From: Yuukianura sp. NJ FZ-2021
Lineage: Eukaryota
Assembly: GCA_046563655.1 (NCBI GenBank)
Contig: CM102285.1
Span: forward strand, 10,354,001-10,418,000
DNA length: 64,000 nucleotides
Direction of reading: 5' to 3'
Numbering within the stretch: the first letter of the stretch is position 1; each line of letters starts with the position of its first letter. Positions 11,821-22,717 of the stretch are shown piece after piece. The notes under the pieces are model-generated. The model worked only from the letters and a program-made list of their open reading frames with translations, searched no databases and was not told the DNA's origin. A program made the position numbers and the translations under genes.

Positions 11821-12288
11821 ATGCATTTAACTAATAGTTAATTGTTGTGTAACAGCTGTCCTGTTACTCGTTTTTGCGTTTTCTTTTGTGTAACTGTGTC
11901 AAAAAAGTTTGTGAGAGAAACAGCTGTATTAATTTTAACACAAGGTATTTCTATTTGTTTCAATCCTAAACGATTAATCACAGTATTTTGTATTGATAAT
12001 TTACTATGGACAGCATGCTGAAGCTGGTCAACTAACGGGATACTTCCGATTTCCATCATTTGATTTAATTAATTTCAATAAGGTTAAACATACCTATAAA
12101 TAGAAATTACTTATATGCTGCTTGTTGAGCGAGAGTGGTTTTTAATCGCGGTGTCAAACTTATTTATTCCTTGTTCCTGTTCCATGAATTTGCTAATGAT
12201 TTTATCGTTAGGCGGAGATTGAATACCTATGGTGATGTTAAACTTATTTTGTGTTTAATTTTCGCAGGCATCAACATCGAGTTATGAG

Positions 12289-13805
12289 ATGAGTGTGGCA
12301 AGAAGACGTCGTGGAAGTTCCAAATCCGAAGACGACCGTTCAGCTACTACAACTGAGTGGACTTCGTTATTAGACCTCCATTCAGTTGATGACGACAAGG
12401 AAAATATGGGACGGGACCGTACAGACGAATTTCAGATAGCACTGAAAGCGATCCAGAGCCGAGCACAAGTACGACCTCCACAACCCGGAACCAATGGAGC
12501 CAACAAGATTAACAGAAATTTGGAACAATATGGGGAGTTCATGAAAATTGCCAAGTACAAGCGTGACCTATATTTCTTTCTACCATAGAAATAGAATGAC
12601 AATGATAAATGTGAATAATTTTTGTCTTAGAGTCATCGGCCAGGATATTGGAAAAACATACCACAAGTTAGAAAAACTTGCACTTCGTAAGTACCATGTT
12701 CTGGCACAAATCTCCGCAATTTTTCCAAATTCCAATGTCTTGTTTCTCAATTTCAGTCGCAAAGCGAAGATCCATTTTTGACGATAAATCCGCGGAAATC
12801 CAAGAACTAACGTTTATTATTAAGGAAGACATTAATAACATCAACAAGAATATTGCTCGGGTAAGAATACTCAAAATCCAGATAGAGCAGTATCATTCTC
12901 AACCTGAACTGCTTGTCCATTGATTCGCGCTTTTATGCTATTTTTCCAGTTACAAAAGTCAGCCCGAGGTAACCAACGTCAGAATGGAAAACATGTGCAA
13001 TCACATTCCTCAGGGGTTGTTCTAGGGCTTCAGTCGAAGTTAGCCTCGATGTCCAGTGAATTCAAGCAAGTTCTGCAAGTGCGAACAGAGGTGAATGAAT
13101 TTCCAATCTCTTCATTAGACGCTGTGCTTTGTAACACTGCAGGTTCAACATGTACGTTTTTTTTTAAATTAGAACTTGAAGGAACAACGAAGTCGCCAAG
13201 ACCAATTTTCCCAAGGTCCCGTAGCTTCGACGTTGCCTCCCTCAGCGATGACAGGGTTTCATCTCGGTAAAACAAGAACATTGTGGCCTTTAGCATTGAT
13301 GAAGGTGTCAATCTCATTGCAATTCGTATTATTTCTCTAATAGGCTCCATTCTGTACCACGATGAAGCTCAATCTGCGAGTGGAGGTGCCGTGTCCATTG
13401 ATATGAGTGATTCGGTGAGACTGAGACAATCCCAAGCGCAGATGACGATGGACGATGAGACCGTAAGTCGATTCGATATTTTAAAACAGTAGATCGCTTG
13501 ATTTTTCCAATCTCTTTATTTAGGATTCATACCTCTCAAGTCGTGCTGACGCGATGCGTTCGATAGAGTCCACCATCGTTGAGCTGGGTGGAATATTCCA
13601 GCAACTGGCCACAATGGTCAAAGAGCAAGAGGAAGTAGTGCATCGGATTGATGGAAACGTTGAAGATGCTGAGATGAACGTCGAAGCAGCTCATACTGAG
13701 TTACTCAAGTATTTCAAATCTGTGACCTCCAACCGCTGGCTAATGATCAAGGTCTTCGCACTTTTGATATTTTTCTTCATCATCTTTGTCGTATTTTTGG
13801 CCTGA
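12289..13805 (+). CDS. Syx5: Syntaxin 5 (Golgi Qa-SNARE), multi-exon
   Basis: MGRDRTDEF Sly1-binding motif; KLEKLALLAKRRSIFDDKSAEIQELTFIIKEDI; HSSGVVLGLQSKLASMSSEFKQVLQVRTENLK; SNARE domain and C-terminal TM (MRSIESTIVELGGIFQQLATMVKEQEE...NRWLMIKVFALLIFFFIIFVVFLA). Confidence 0.97.
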
Positions 13806-14469
13806 TGTGAACGGTTGATGACTATACGAGCAAACACTGCAAATCTCAGCCAATCGAGAGTCCCAGTTCTCTAAATTCAACAATTTCACAATTTGTTTGA
13901 ACTGTCGTTTTCAAAGTAAGGTTTTCAGCTTCACACGCTGTAAGACTACGCAAATATTTTCTTTCCAATTCTTATGAAATCGCACTCATTTCAGTGATAA
14001 TTGGCAAAATGTGTAAGCAAAATTTTTCCGCTAAAATTCAATGTTTTGACGATTAACGGCGATTTGCTCAGGAGTTGGCTTTCAAATTCCACGGCATAAA
14101 ACAAATAAGAAATAGCAGGATTTCATATTTACTTTAAAGGTTAAGGGGAGACAGCAGGTCAATAAAAATAACGCCAAATAACGTTTTATAGACATGGCAA
14201 CGACTGAGAATTGAGAAATGCCAGATTACGTAATCATGCAAAACCCGGACGGGTGGATTCTTAACGATTGGAATTTTGCACAACTCATTCTAACTTGCGA
14301 ATCACTGCGTTGGATTTCAAATTTGACGCTCCTTCGCGGGTTTTTCTAAATGGTTATGGCGAAGTGGATGAGCCACTTCTGAGACTCAATTCTCAGGTCG
14401 CCCCAACTCTTAGTGACGTAATGCGAAATAATAAATTGTAAACAAGAAATTCGTGAACTCTGACCCAAT

Positions 14470-14787
14470 CTTTTGGTGCATTTTCTGAATGATTGGTTAG
14501 GCGCTCAAAAAACTACGACCACACTTTTCGCATTAGCACACGCTGATCAGCAAAACATCGGACAAGTAGGTGACGAAAAGAGTACCCTTCGCCCAGAAAA
14601 CCTAGTTTTTCTGGATTTTCCCGAGGATTTCAGAAACATTTTCCGGAAAACCTAAGTTTTCTGGACGAAGGGTACTGTTTTCGTCACCTAGCTGTCCGAT
14701 GTTTTGATCATCAGCGTGTGCTACTGCGAAAAGTGTGGTCGTAGTTTTTTGAGCGCCTAACCAATCATACAGGAGATGCACCAGAAG
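14470..14787. mobile_element. Foldback/MITE element with ~140-bp near-perfect inverted arms
   Basis: cttttggtgca...gattggttaggcgctcaaaaaactacgaccacacttttcgca...ccagaaaac is mirrored by gttttctgg...tgcgaaaagtgtggtcgtagttttttgagcgcctaaccaatc...tgcaccagaag, with only a short spacer. Confidence 0.85.
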
Positions 14788-15077
14788 TCTTATGGGAAAT
14801 TGCGTTTAAGCGAATCTGTCCATCCTAATCTTAAGTACACAGCTAACAAGTTTTCAATTTCCTTAACTATTTAAAAACTGCTGAAAATTTAAACCAATTG
14901 GTCACTGGAAGCAAATTGTAATAACTTTAATCTTACAGAAATGTACACAGCTCATTAGAAATAATATACGCAATTCGCCAAATCGCATCTCAAAGTGTTA
15001 AAATCTCTCACCGTTAATTATTTGTTTGTAATTAATCCTCACTTAACACTTAAGCCATAATTTCGTTCCTTGGATAA

Positions 15078-15971
15078 CTAATTTCTTGTACAAAAGTGTG
15101 GCGAATCACCAAGTTCAGAGCACACTACCCCGACGAGGTCATTTTGGCTCTGCCACATTTTTTCTTCATCTAACCCACCGTCATTGTTGAATGTCACGGT
15201 GGGGACGAAGAACAGTTTCGGTTTGAGACGATGCGTTTTTTCGCCGTGCGCTGCTAGCAGTGCATCTCCTTCAGAAGTTTTAGAACAAGAAGTAATTTGG
15301 GCTATCCTTACAGCGTCTATTCCAGTTTCCAGCGCACAGGGCACAAGCGTTGTCGGTGGATATGATTTGCTCATGGAACATCCAACGAAATGAATTTGTT
15401 CTGATGCTGTCAAGTACTTCAGTGCACAAGCATGCATCTTGTTACCTTCACATTCTTCTCTTCCATGCTGGCAAGTGAAAGTATATGAACTGCCACGTCG
15501 AGTCGTCTAAAAGTAAGTTAAAAATGATGTATTGAAATTAAATTTAAGTTGCGAGTTTTATTCATTGATGTTTGAATTTCAGATTGGACTTACAGTGGCT
15601 TTTCCATACGGGATGAATTCCACGTCGATGTGATCTTCACCACCATTTTTAAACAGAGGATACAGTTGCCGTTTCACAAACCTTTTGGAGTCTGAGCAAA
15701 GCGTTTCGTAAAATACTCGGACTTTCACCTTTTCAACGCCTTTTTCACCCTGTTCATGTTCAAAAAGTGACAAAAGAATGAAGTTCTGGAGAAAATTTAA
15801 CAGCAACATTTTTCTTATCCTACTTTTAAACACTTAAAAGTGTCAGATTTTTCTGCGAAAGGAACTTAAGATTTGTAAATACGCAAAATGGAAGTAACTA
15901 ACCTCGATTTGGGTCACCACGCTTAGAAGTGACAGGAATGTCAGCAGTAGGATTCTCAGGAACTGATCCAT
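15078..15971 (-). CDS. GILT: GILT-like (gamma-interferon-inducible lysosomal thiol reductase) protein, 3 exons
   Basis: Exon 1 (15971-15903) is a signal peptide, MDQFLRILLLTFLSLLSVVTQIE. Exon 2 (15749-15594) reads VKVRVFYETLCSDS...FIPYGKAT. Exon 3 (15506-15078) has the GILT signature FTCQHGREECEGNKMHAC and FVPTVTFN. Confidence 0.92.
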
Positions 15972-16604
15972 GTCAAGAGGTTATCTTCCAGAAAATGCCA
16001 ACTCGAAAGAATTCAAGCGTCTGTTTTTGCTATGAGTTGCAGTAACAACTTCCCTTTTACCTTGAAGTTCTCCTTTTAGCTAGATTTTGTTCTTGTGAGA
16101 TCTTAAAAGTAATGTTGGAAGATGCCTTTCTGAAGATGCTCTTTGAATCGGGAGTTGATTATTTTGGGCAGAGTCATTGCAAATATGGCCTCGGGTCACC
16201 CACTTTCTATGTCTCACCAAATGTAAGGATTGTTGAGCTATAGAAATGGGATGACAAACCAGTTTTTGGGGATTTTTGGTTTGACGCGTTTACTTTGGAA
16301 CTTCAACAATTTTTCTGAAAAGAAGAAGTGGTTCTCACAAGGACGCGGACGCTTTGAAAACAACAATACTTCCACGGTCATTGTAAAAAAAAATGAAGTT
16401 ATCCAAGCTTTTGAAAAAAATACTTGCGTACGATACATTTCGTTTCTATGCGACCTAACGTGCTGCGAAACAATGAAAAAGCATAAACTAACATTGAAAT
16501 GCTTGCGTTGTTGTCGCTTCGCAGATTCGATGATCGATGCAAAATACAACATAAAAAGTGTTTTTTTTTTATATAATTGCAGCGACCTCCATGGTTCTGG
16601 AAGA

Positions 16605-19178
16605 ATGGATGAAACTTTAGTGAATGAGCAGCCCAACGACATGACGCAAGCAATGGTTTCACATGAAGCTGAATTATGTGCTGACGAACCACATTCAAAT
16701 TCCGAAGCCGAAGAATTGAGCTCTTCTGCGAACTTACCAAATGAGGATAACTGTGATGCTGCCGATATTCGAGAAGACGCTCCGGATGATGAGCCAGTAC
16801 TTCCGGAACCCATATATCCACACATGGACATTGAAGAGATGCTCAAAGTCCCTGAAACTGTGCAGTTTCCATTGGAACTGAGTCGCTATCTCAAGGACAA
16901 ATTGACGGTAAACGTTTCTGGACAATACAAAATTCGTTTTCGAAGATATTCACTGATTAGAAACTGTGATTTCAGGCTTTAGCTGAAGAAAACTGGCATC
17001 TTGTCAAGCACTCCAAAAGTCAAGAATTTGAACTCAACGATCTTCGAAAGCTTAGAGACACCTCAAAAGATCCAGCGGTACACTCCTGTGTAAGCGTTAA
17101 CTTGCAAAGTTCAATTTCAAAAGTTGTTTGAAATTTTCAGACTCAAATGCGAAAGGAGTCTCCAACAGTTCTTTCTGGAAAAATTATTGACCTCTCCAAG
17201 AAAAATCGTGACATGACCACACAAATTGAAACGATGAGGGTCAAGATGCAGCAAATCGTGGCAGAAAATGAAGCAATGAAGCGGAAAATTGCAGCAACAC
17301 CGCCTCCGAGCCTTAACGACTCCGGTGACGCCGTGTCTCTGGAAGGTTCAGGTATTGTATGCAGGTTTACTTTCAGCTTTAGATTTCTTAAGAAATTAAT
17401 TGAGTCAATTTCAGTTTTAGGCACTTCTCGTACCGGATTTACCGACGTGTCGAGTGTGAGTCAACAGTTGACCAAAACGACAAGCAAAATGATGGAGTAT
17501 CGAAAGCAAAACCAAATGCTTCAAATGGAACTCCGGACAGCTCTGAGAGTATGACAATTGAAAACAATCCATTTCACTTCCAGTTTCTTTTCATAAAGTG
17601 CTTGTAGGCCCTGTGCCAGGAAGTCGGAGAAGGAACCACTGTGAAGAGCGTGCTAAAAGAAGTGTCTGGTCCAGAAACAACATGGCGCGGAAGACAGCAG
17701 CAAATAATTGCTTTGACTCAGAAGGTTTCTGATTTGCAGTTGAAACTTGCGCAGGCCCAGCAAAATGCTACCGTCATGGCGCAACAAGAAGTATCAATTA
17801 TCGTTGAGGACGAAGATGACGAGCAAGGGCTTCATATGTTCCACATTTCAAACAGCGCTTGTGATACTGGCGGAGGTGGTGACAGTATCTTTCGCTCTAA
17901 CATTCCCGTGCTGGTCAATGCGTCTGCCAAGCGTCAAATGCCCATGCTTCAAAATTGTGAAAAGAAAAAGTAGATCTAACATTCAATCTGAATATATTCC
18001 AGTGCTTACCAGTTTTTCCTATTCAGGCAGAATCAAATCGAGAAATTGACTCAAGAACTGCAGACGACAAAGACTGAACTCAAATCTGCTCAACTGGAAT
18101 CCAAGGGCTCGAAAGCCAGAACACTTTTCCTGGAGAGTCAAGTTCGATCTCTTCGCACGGAGTTGGACGAAGCTGGAATCAAGATTCAATCGAAGCAAGA
18201 GTCACTTCAGCAAGCACAACAAGAACTTCGGGAGATACGACAAGAACTTTTTGCAATTCGGGAGCGGGAGAAGAAGCATCGTGAAACGAGTCACGCCGAA
18301 TTGCATGACATGAATCAAGCTCTTGCACGGGTCAGTAAAATTTACTTTTGGTATAATCGGTTATTGCTGCTACAACGCAATTGAACTTTTAAAATCTTTA
18401 GGAAAGAGGCGTGGTCACCCGATTGCAGAAGTTAATTTCGGAGAAACAAGATCATCTTCAGAAACTGGATTCCAAAGTGGCACGACTCCAGGAAGATATT
18501 CAGCTTCGCTCATCGTCAGCCACTGGCGCTGTTGACTACACCGAAAAAATTGCCACGCTTGAAAATCAGGTTTTTCAAAATCATGCATATTTTCAAGAAA
18601 AGATTGAATTGCTTACCAATTTCTGTTCTTTTCAGCTTCAATTGGCAACTCAGTCAATCCACACCGCGGAAAAGGAAAGAGAGCGTCTACTGACGCTGAT
18701 TTCCAATTCCGTTGGGGAAGCTCAACAAGAGAGACATAGTCACAACGAAGCTGATCGTTTGCTGTCCAGAGCTTTTGCCATTTTGACTCTCACTGACAGT
18801 TGTATCAATCGTTGTCTCGATGCTGGCCAAGTCACTTCTAAAACGATTTTGGAAGAGGTTGAGGAAATTAGAGCCTTGGTTCGGGAACTGAAAGCTGGAA
18901 CAACCTACCCAGTAGATGGTGGTGATCATTCTAAAAGCATTATGCTACAACAGTAAGTTGCTAAAAAGTTGAACGATTTAAGCTGGCAAAAGTTTGAACG
19001 AGTTTTAGCAGAACGTTCTCCATTTATGTATAGATCACAATCGGCAACTCTCTTGCCATACGGGATCAAATCACAGAATAAAGATGCAAGTAATGGAAAA
19101 GACGGTGACGCTGGAAAGGCCAAAGGAAGATTTTTACCATCAATTAACCCTAGACAGCAGCTCAATGCTAAAAAATAG
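16605..19178 (+). CDS. CCDC13: Coiled-coil domain-containing protein 13-like (centriolar satellite/cilia), multi-exon
   Basis: Long coiled-coil exons carry the CCDC13-typical blocks KIIDLSKKNR, KMMEYRKQNQMLQMELRTALR..L.QEVGEG and WRGRQQQIIALTQKVSDL. The last intron (CA|gtaagt at about 18953 to tatag|A at about 19033) joins the final exon in frame. Confidence 0.8.
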
Positions 19179-19350
19179 CCGAAATGGATTAGAAATTGAT
19201 CTTCAACGTTTCATACTTTCGATATACAAAAAGTGTTAAGAAAATCGTACTCAATAAAAGTTTGAACATTATTTTAAAAATTTGAAAACACTTTTCATGC
19301 CATAAGAATTTCTATAAGGTCAGTGACATTCGTGTAGTTGATGCTTATTC

Positions 19351-20580
19351 TCACGATGATGATGGGGTGTCACGTTTCTTTTCGATGATCAGATAGCCTT
19401 GATTAGTCCGTGACAAAAATAGGGACTCCACTTCGATGTCTTCTGGTAACTTGAAAGCGTGCTTCACACCTTTCTGTGACACTCCGGGCTTGATACCTTC
19501 GATCTATACAAAAACAACACGATAGGATCAGAAAATTTTAACATTTGAATTCTAAAAATTGAGTTTTTACCACAAATTTTCTCCCTTCGAAAAGTTTCAG
19601 TGAAATTTCACGATTGGAGAATCCAGAAAAGTCCAGCTTTTTCAGCACTCTTCGTCCGCGCATTGGATCGCTAGAATTTAATGAGTTGTCAAAATGTTTT
19701 AAAACGTAATGAAATTCTGATGTTGAATTTTCGAAAGTTTTCTTCCCCTTACTTGAAATTTGCTTGAGCAAACCAATTCGTAAAATGCTCTTGCCCTGCT
19801 CCTGGCAAGGAAACGACGTTGCCATTCACCACGAAGATGGTGGCAATTTCTTTAGGCTTTGGTTTATGTAGACTCTTCGCATAGGCCTCGTTGTTCGGCT
19901 CGGATTTGCCAACTGCTAAATCAGCATGGTGACTGCGGCGGGACGCGACTGGAGTCGAAGGCTTTTCAATTCAAAAGAAAATCACATGAATTAAACAAAC
20001 ATTTTCTGATATTTGAATGTTAAAGTGTAGTTACCTTGTTCCAGACTGGTTTCCATTCCGGTTTCTTCGAAACAGATCGCTCCGAATGATAACTTTTTAC
20101 CGGAGCCACTTCTTCGAACTTCTCTTCTCCTTCAACTTTGAATTCACGCTTTGAAGATTTCCGCGAAAGCGTTTCACCGGATCGCTCTCGTTTGTAACAT
20201 GGAGCGTCACCAGAATCTTGCTGAATTTGAGCCGAGGAAGAGCATCCAGTACAAGTTCGAAGTCTAAATTTCGAGGGTTGAGCTTTGACGTCTACGGGAA
20301 TGTGATTGGAATTTTTTGAAATGAAGCCGGTTTCCTTCAATCCGATTTTCTTCTTGAAGAAAGCAGGAGCGCCCTGGAAAATTTCTCTTTCGTCCAGCTC
20401 AGAAGTTCCTTGGAGAAGCTTCAAGTAAATCGCTTCGCGTGGGTCAGAAGCATCCTTAGCATAAGTGTCAGAAATGTTGCTCTGATGACGGTGAGCAGAC
20501 TTCTTGTAGTCATTCAGAGCTATCTGATCCAATGTTTTCACCGTCAGTAGACTTCGTCTTGTCTCGTATGACATGCCCAT
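19351..20580 (-). CDS. Protein with a long N-terminal region and a divergent C-terminal alpha-crystallin (HSP20) domain, ~335 aa
   Basis: Exons 20580-20035, 19961-19753, 19670-19571 and 19503-19351 join in frame, with an in-frame stop upstream of the ATG. The C-terminus RVLKKLDFSGFSNREISLKLFEGRKFVIEG...KHAFKLPEDIEVESLFLSRTNQGYLIIE follows the alpha-crystallin pattern. Confidence 0.7.
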
Positions 20581-20895
20581 CCTGGCCCAATCCTCGAAAT
20601 TTCAAGGGCGCTTTGCACTTTTTCTTTAGAATTTGTAAATCTGAAACCAAAACTAAACAGAGTTTACTTTTAAGTTTGGAAACGAAAATATTTTGAAATA
20701 TTACCAAGAGAAACGTTGTTGTGGAATTTTGACAAAATTAGGAAATGAAATACGGTGAAACCACAAACTTATATGAAATTCCAAATGTAACATTTTAGTA
20801 TAATAGTAGACAGTATTTTGTAGGAGAGATCAGGTTTGATTTTAGAATACTAAATTCAACAATTCGACTTGATTTCATTTTTTTTCTCGTATGAT

Positions 20896-22326
20896 TCAAA
20901 TGATAACTTCCAATTCGCTGGCGTATCCCAGGAAATCTTTGACGAGACGCTTCGCTGGAACGGAATCGTTTTCAGTATCTGCATGAGTGAATAAGTAGTT
21001 TCCATCTTTGAATGTCCATTTCCTCTGTGCAGATCAAAAATAATCATCGTGTTAAAAATCAGAGTCAACACTTTTAGTCAAAAGCATCATGCTAATTATT
21101 GACTAAACCTTGGCAGCAAATTCCGTCAACTCGGATTGATCCTTCAACTTTAGCCGGTCCATAGCTGCTCTGGCGCTGAGCTTGTCGTAAGCAGCTTCAA
21201 TAGTTTCTGCAATCTTATCGCGTGTGCTCATAGTGAGGTTTTGCACAAAGTAGCGCCAAAGCCGAGACTGCATTTGAGGTCCATCTTCAGCGTGAATCTG
21301 CAAAGGTAAAAAAACAAAATATAATCAAATTGATCAATATTTTTCCAAGCGTTGAATCTGCAGAGCATACTTGGCTAAATCGACCCTCTTCCAAAGCTCG
21401 TTCAAGGTCAGTAGCACGCTTGATGAAGACGTTTTGCATAATTTCTGGTGAAGATTCAATTGGATACAAAATTCGTGCAACTTCAAGATGAAATTCGCCC
21501 AAATCTTCTCTTGAAAGAAGGTACAGAAGGTACGATCCAAGAATTTCATACTTCCGGCTTGACGCTGCGATCCTCTTTCTAAAAATTCGAAAAACTGTTG
21601 AGTCCAAGTTTTAAATCCAACTAGTTTACATCCAGATGAATTTGTATCTTACCCATAATCGTAATAGTACGTCTTCAATTGAGACATGTAAGATGTGAAC
21701 AGTTCCATATCCGGCTCCTCCTTGAAAATACTGTACATGACTCCCATTTCCAAAATGTCCCGAGCAAGCGCCTCTTCACCAGTGGGGATATCGTGTCCGC
21801 TGCTTTCCAAGAACTTCAACTTGACGAGGATAAGCTAAAGTCAAACAAAATTCACAATCAATCAAATCCATTACACTTTACTATAGTAGCTTCCAGGCTT
21901 TTTATTTTTACCTTGACATCGTCCAAGTATTTTGCAACTACTTGCATATTGCGACCAGTGTCACCTTTCTTCCACTCGGCTTGAAGCTTGTCTCGAAGCT
22001 GAATAGCATCTTTGAATGTATCCCCTTCCTCCGTAGGTTTAGTTGTCGTAACGGTAGTCGTTGCGGCTGGTTTGGCCTTCGGTGGAGTCGGAGATCCAAT
22101 TCCGGTTGGAACTCCAGCAACAATAGGAGGGAGTGGTACAGTCGCAGTCGGTTTCTGAAACACAAGATTCGCAACATTTAGCAATTGGATACATCTCAAC
22201 TTGTTCGATTAATTGTTTTTAGTTTATATTGAAAATTGGTAAGTTTTTGACTTTTACCTCAGATTTCTTAAGCTTCTTCGAAGTTGGCTGTTCAGGGTCG
22301 ACAGTCTTTTTAGCGGCTTTATCCAT
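20896..22326 (-). CDS. Rpn12: 26S proteasome lid subunit Rpn12/PSMD8-like, divergent; multi-exon
   Basis: LARDILEMGVMYSI...YMSQLKTYYYDY; YEILGSYLLYLLS..LGEFHLE; LERALEEGRFSQ; RDKIAETIEAAY; C-terminal GYASELEVII*. It has a Pro/Thr-rich N-terminal extension. Confidence 0.85.
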
Positions 22327-22717
22327 GACTCAGCAATCAGTCCAGCAGTAATAACAATCAATTTACTAACAAAGTTCAAGTTAATTAACTTTATAAACTT
22401 AGATCAATCTTAATCAAAAACGTTATAAAACTCTTGTAAACCTTGGTCTGTTCGCCTCCGGTCTGCCTGACATAGTATGAAGAAGTATGGAACAAAGAAA
22501 AACAGCTGAATATAAATAGGAAGAATGGGGACGCGCAGGCGTAAGAGCCTTAGTTGTGCACATGCGCCGTACAAGTTAATAGAGATGAGCGTCTGGTCGC
22601 CTTATGTGAACGGAATAAATCAATCTAGTAACTGAATATTCGTATAAAAAGGTGTACAACTTTTAATTAATTTAGTTGTGATGATTAACAACCTTCAGTT
22701 TCTAATAATTACTCAAA

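Noticed and set aside
14189..14410. Degenerate inverted repeat (cgactgagaattgag / ctcaattctcaggtcg)
   Set aside because: The match is short and no TSD is visible. It may be an old MITE but cannot be supported.
15750..15833. ORF-track N-terminus for GILT (MFKSRIRKMLLLNF...)
   Set aside because: Better explained as intron. The upstream exon 15971-15903 gives a cleaner signal peptide with in-phase splice sites.
16238..16846. 202-aa minus-strand ORF
   Set aside because: Antisense shadow of the acidic CCDC13 first exon plus promoter sequence, with no motif.
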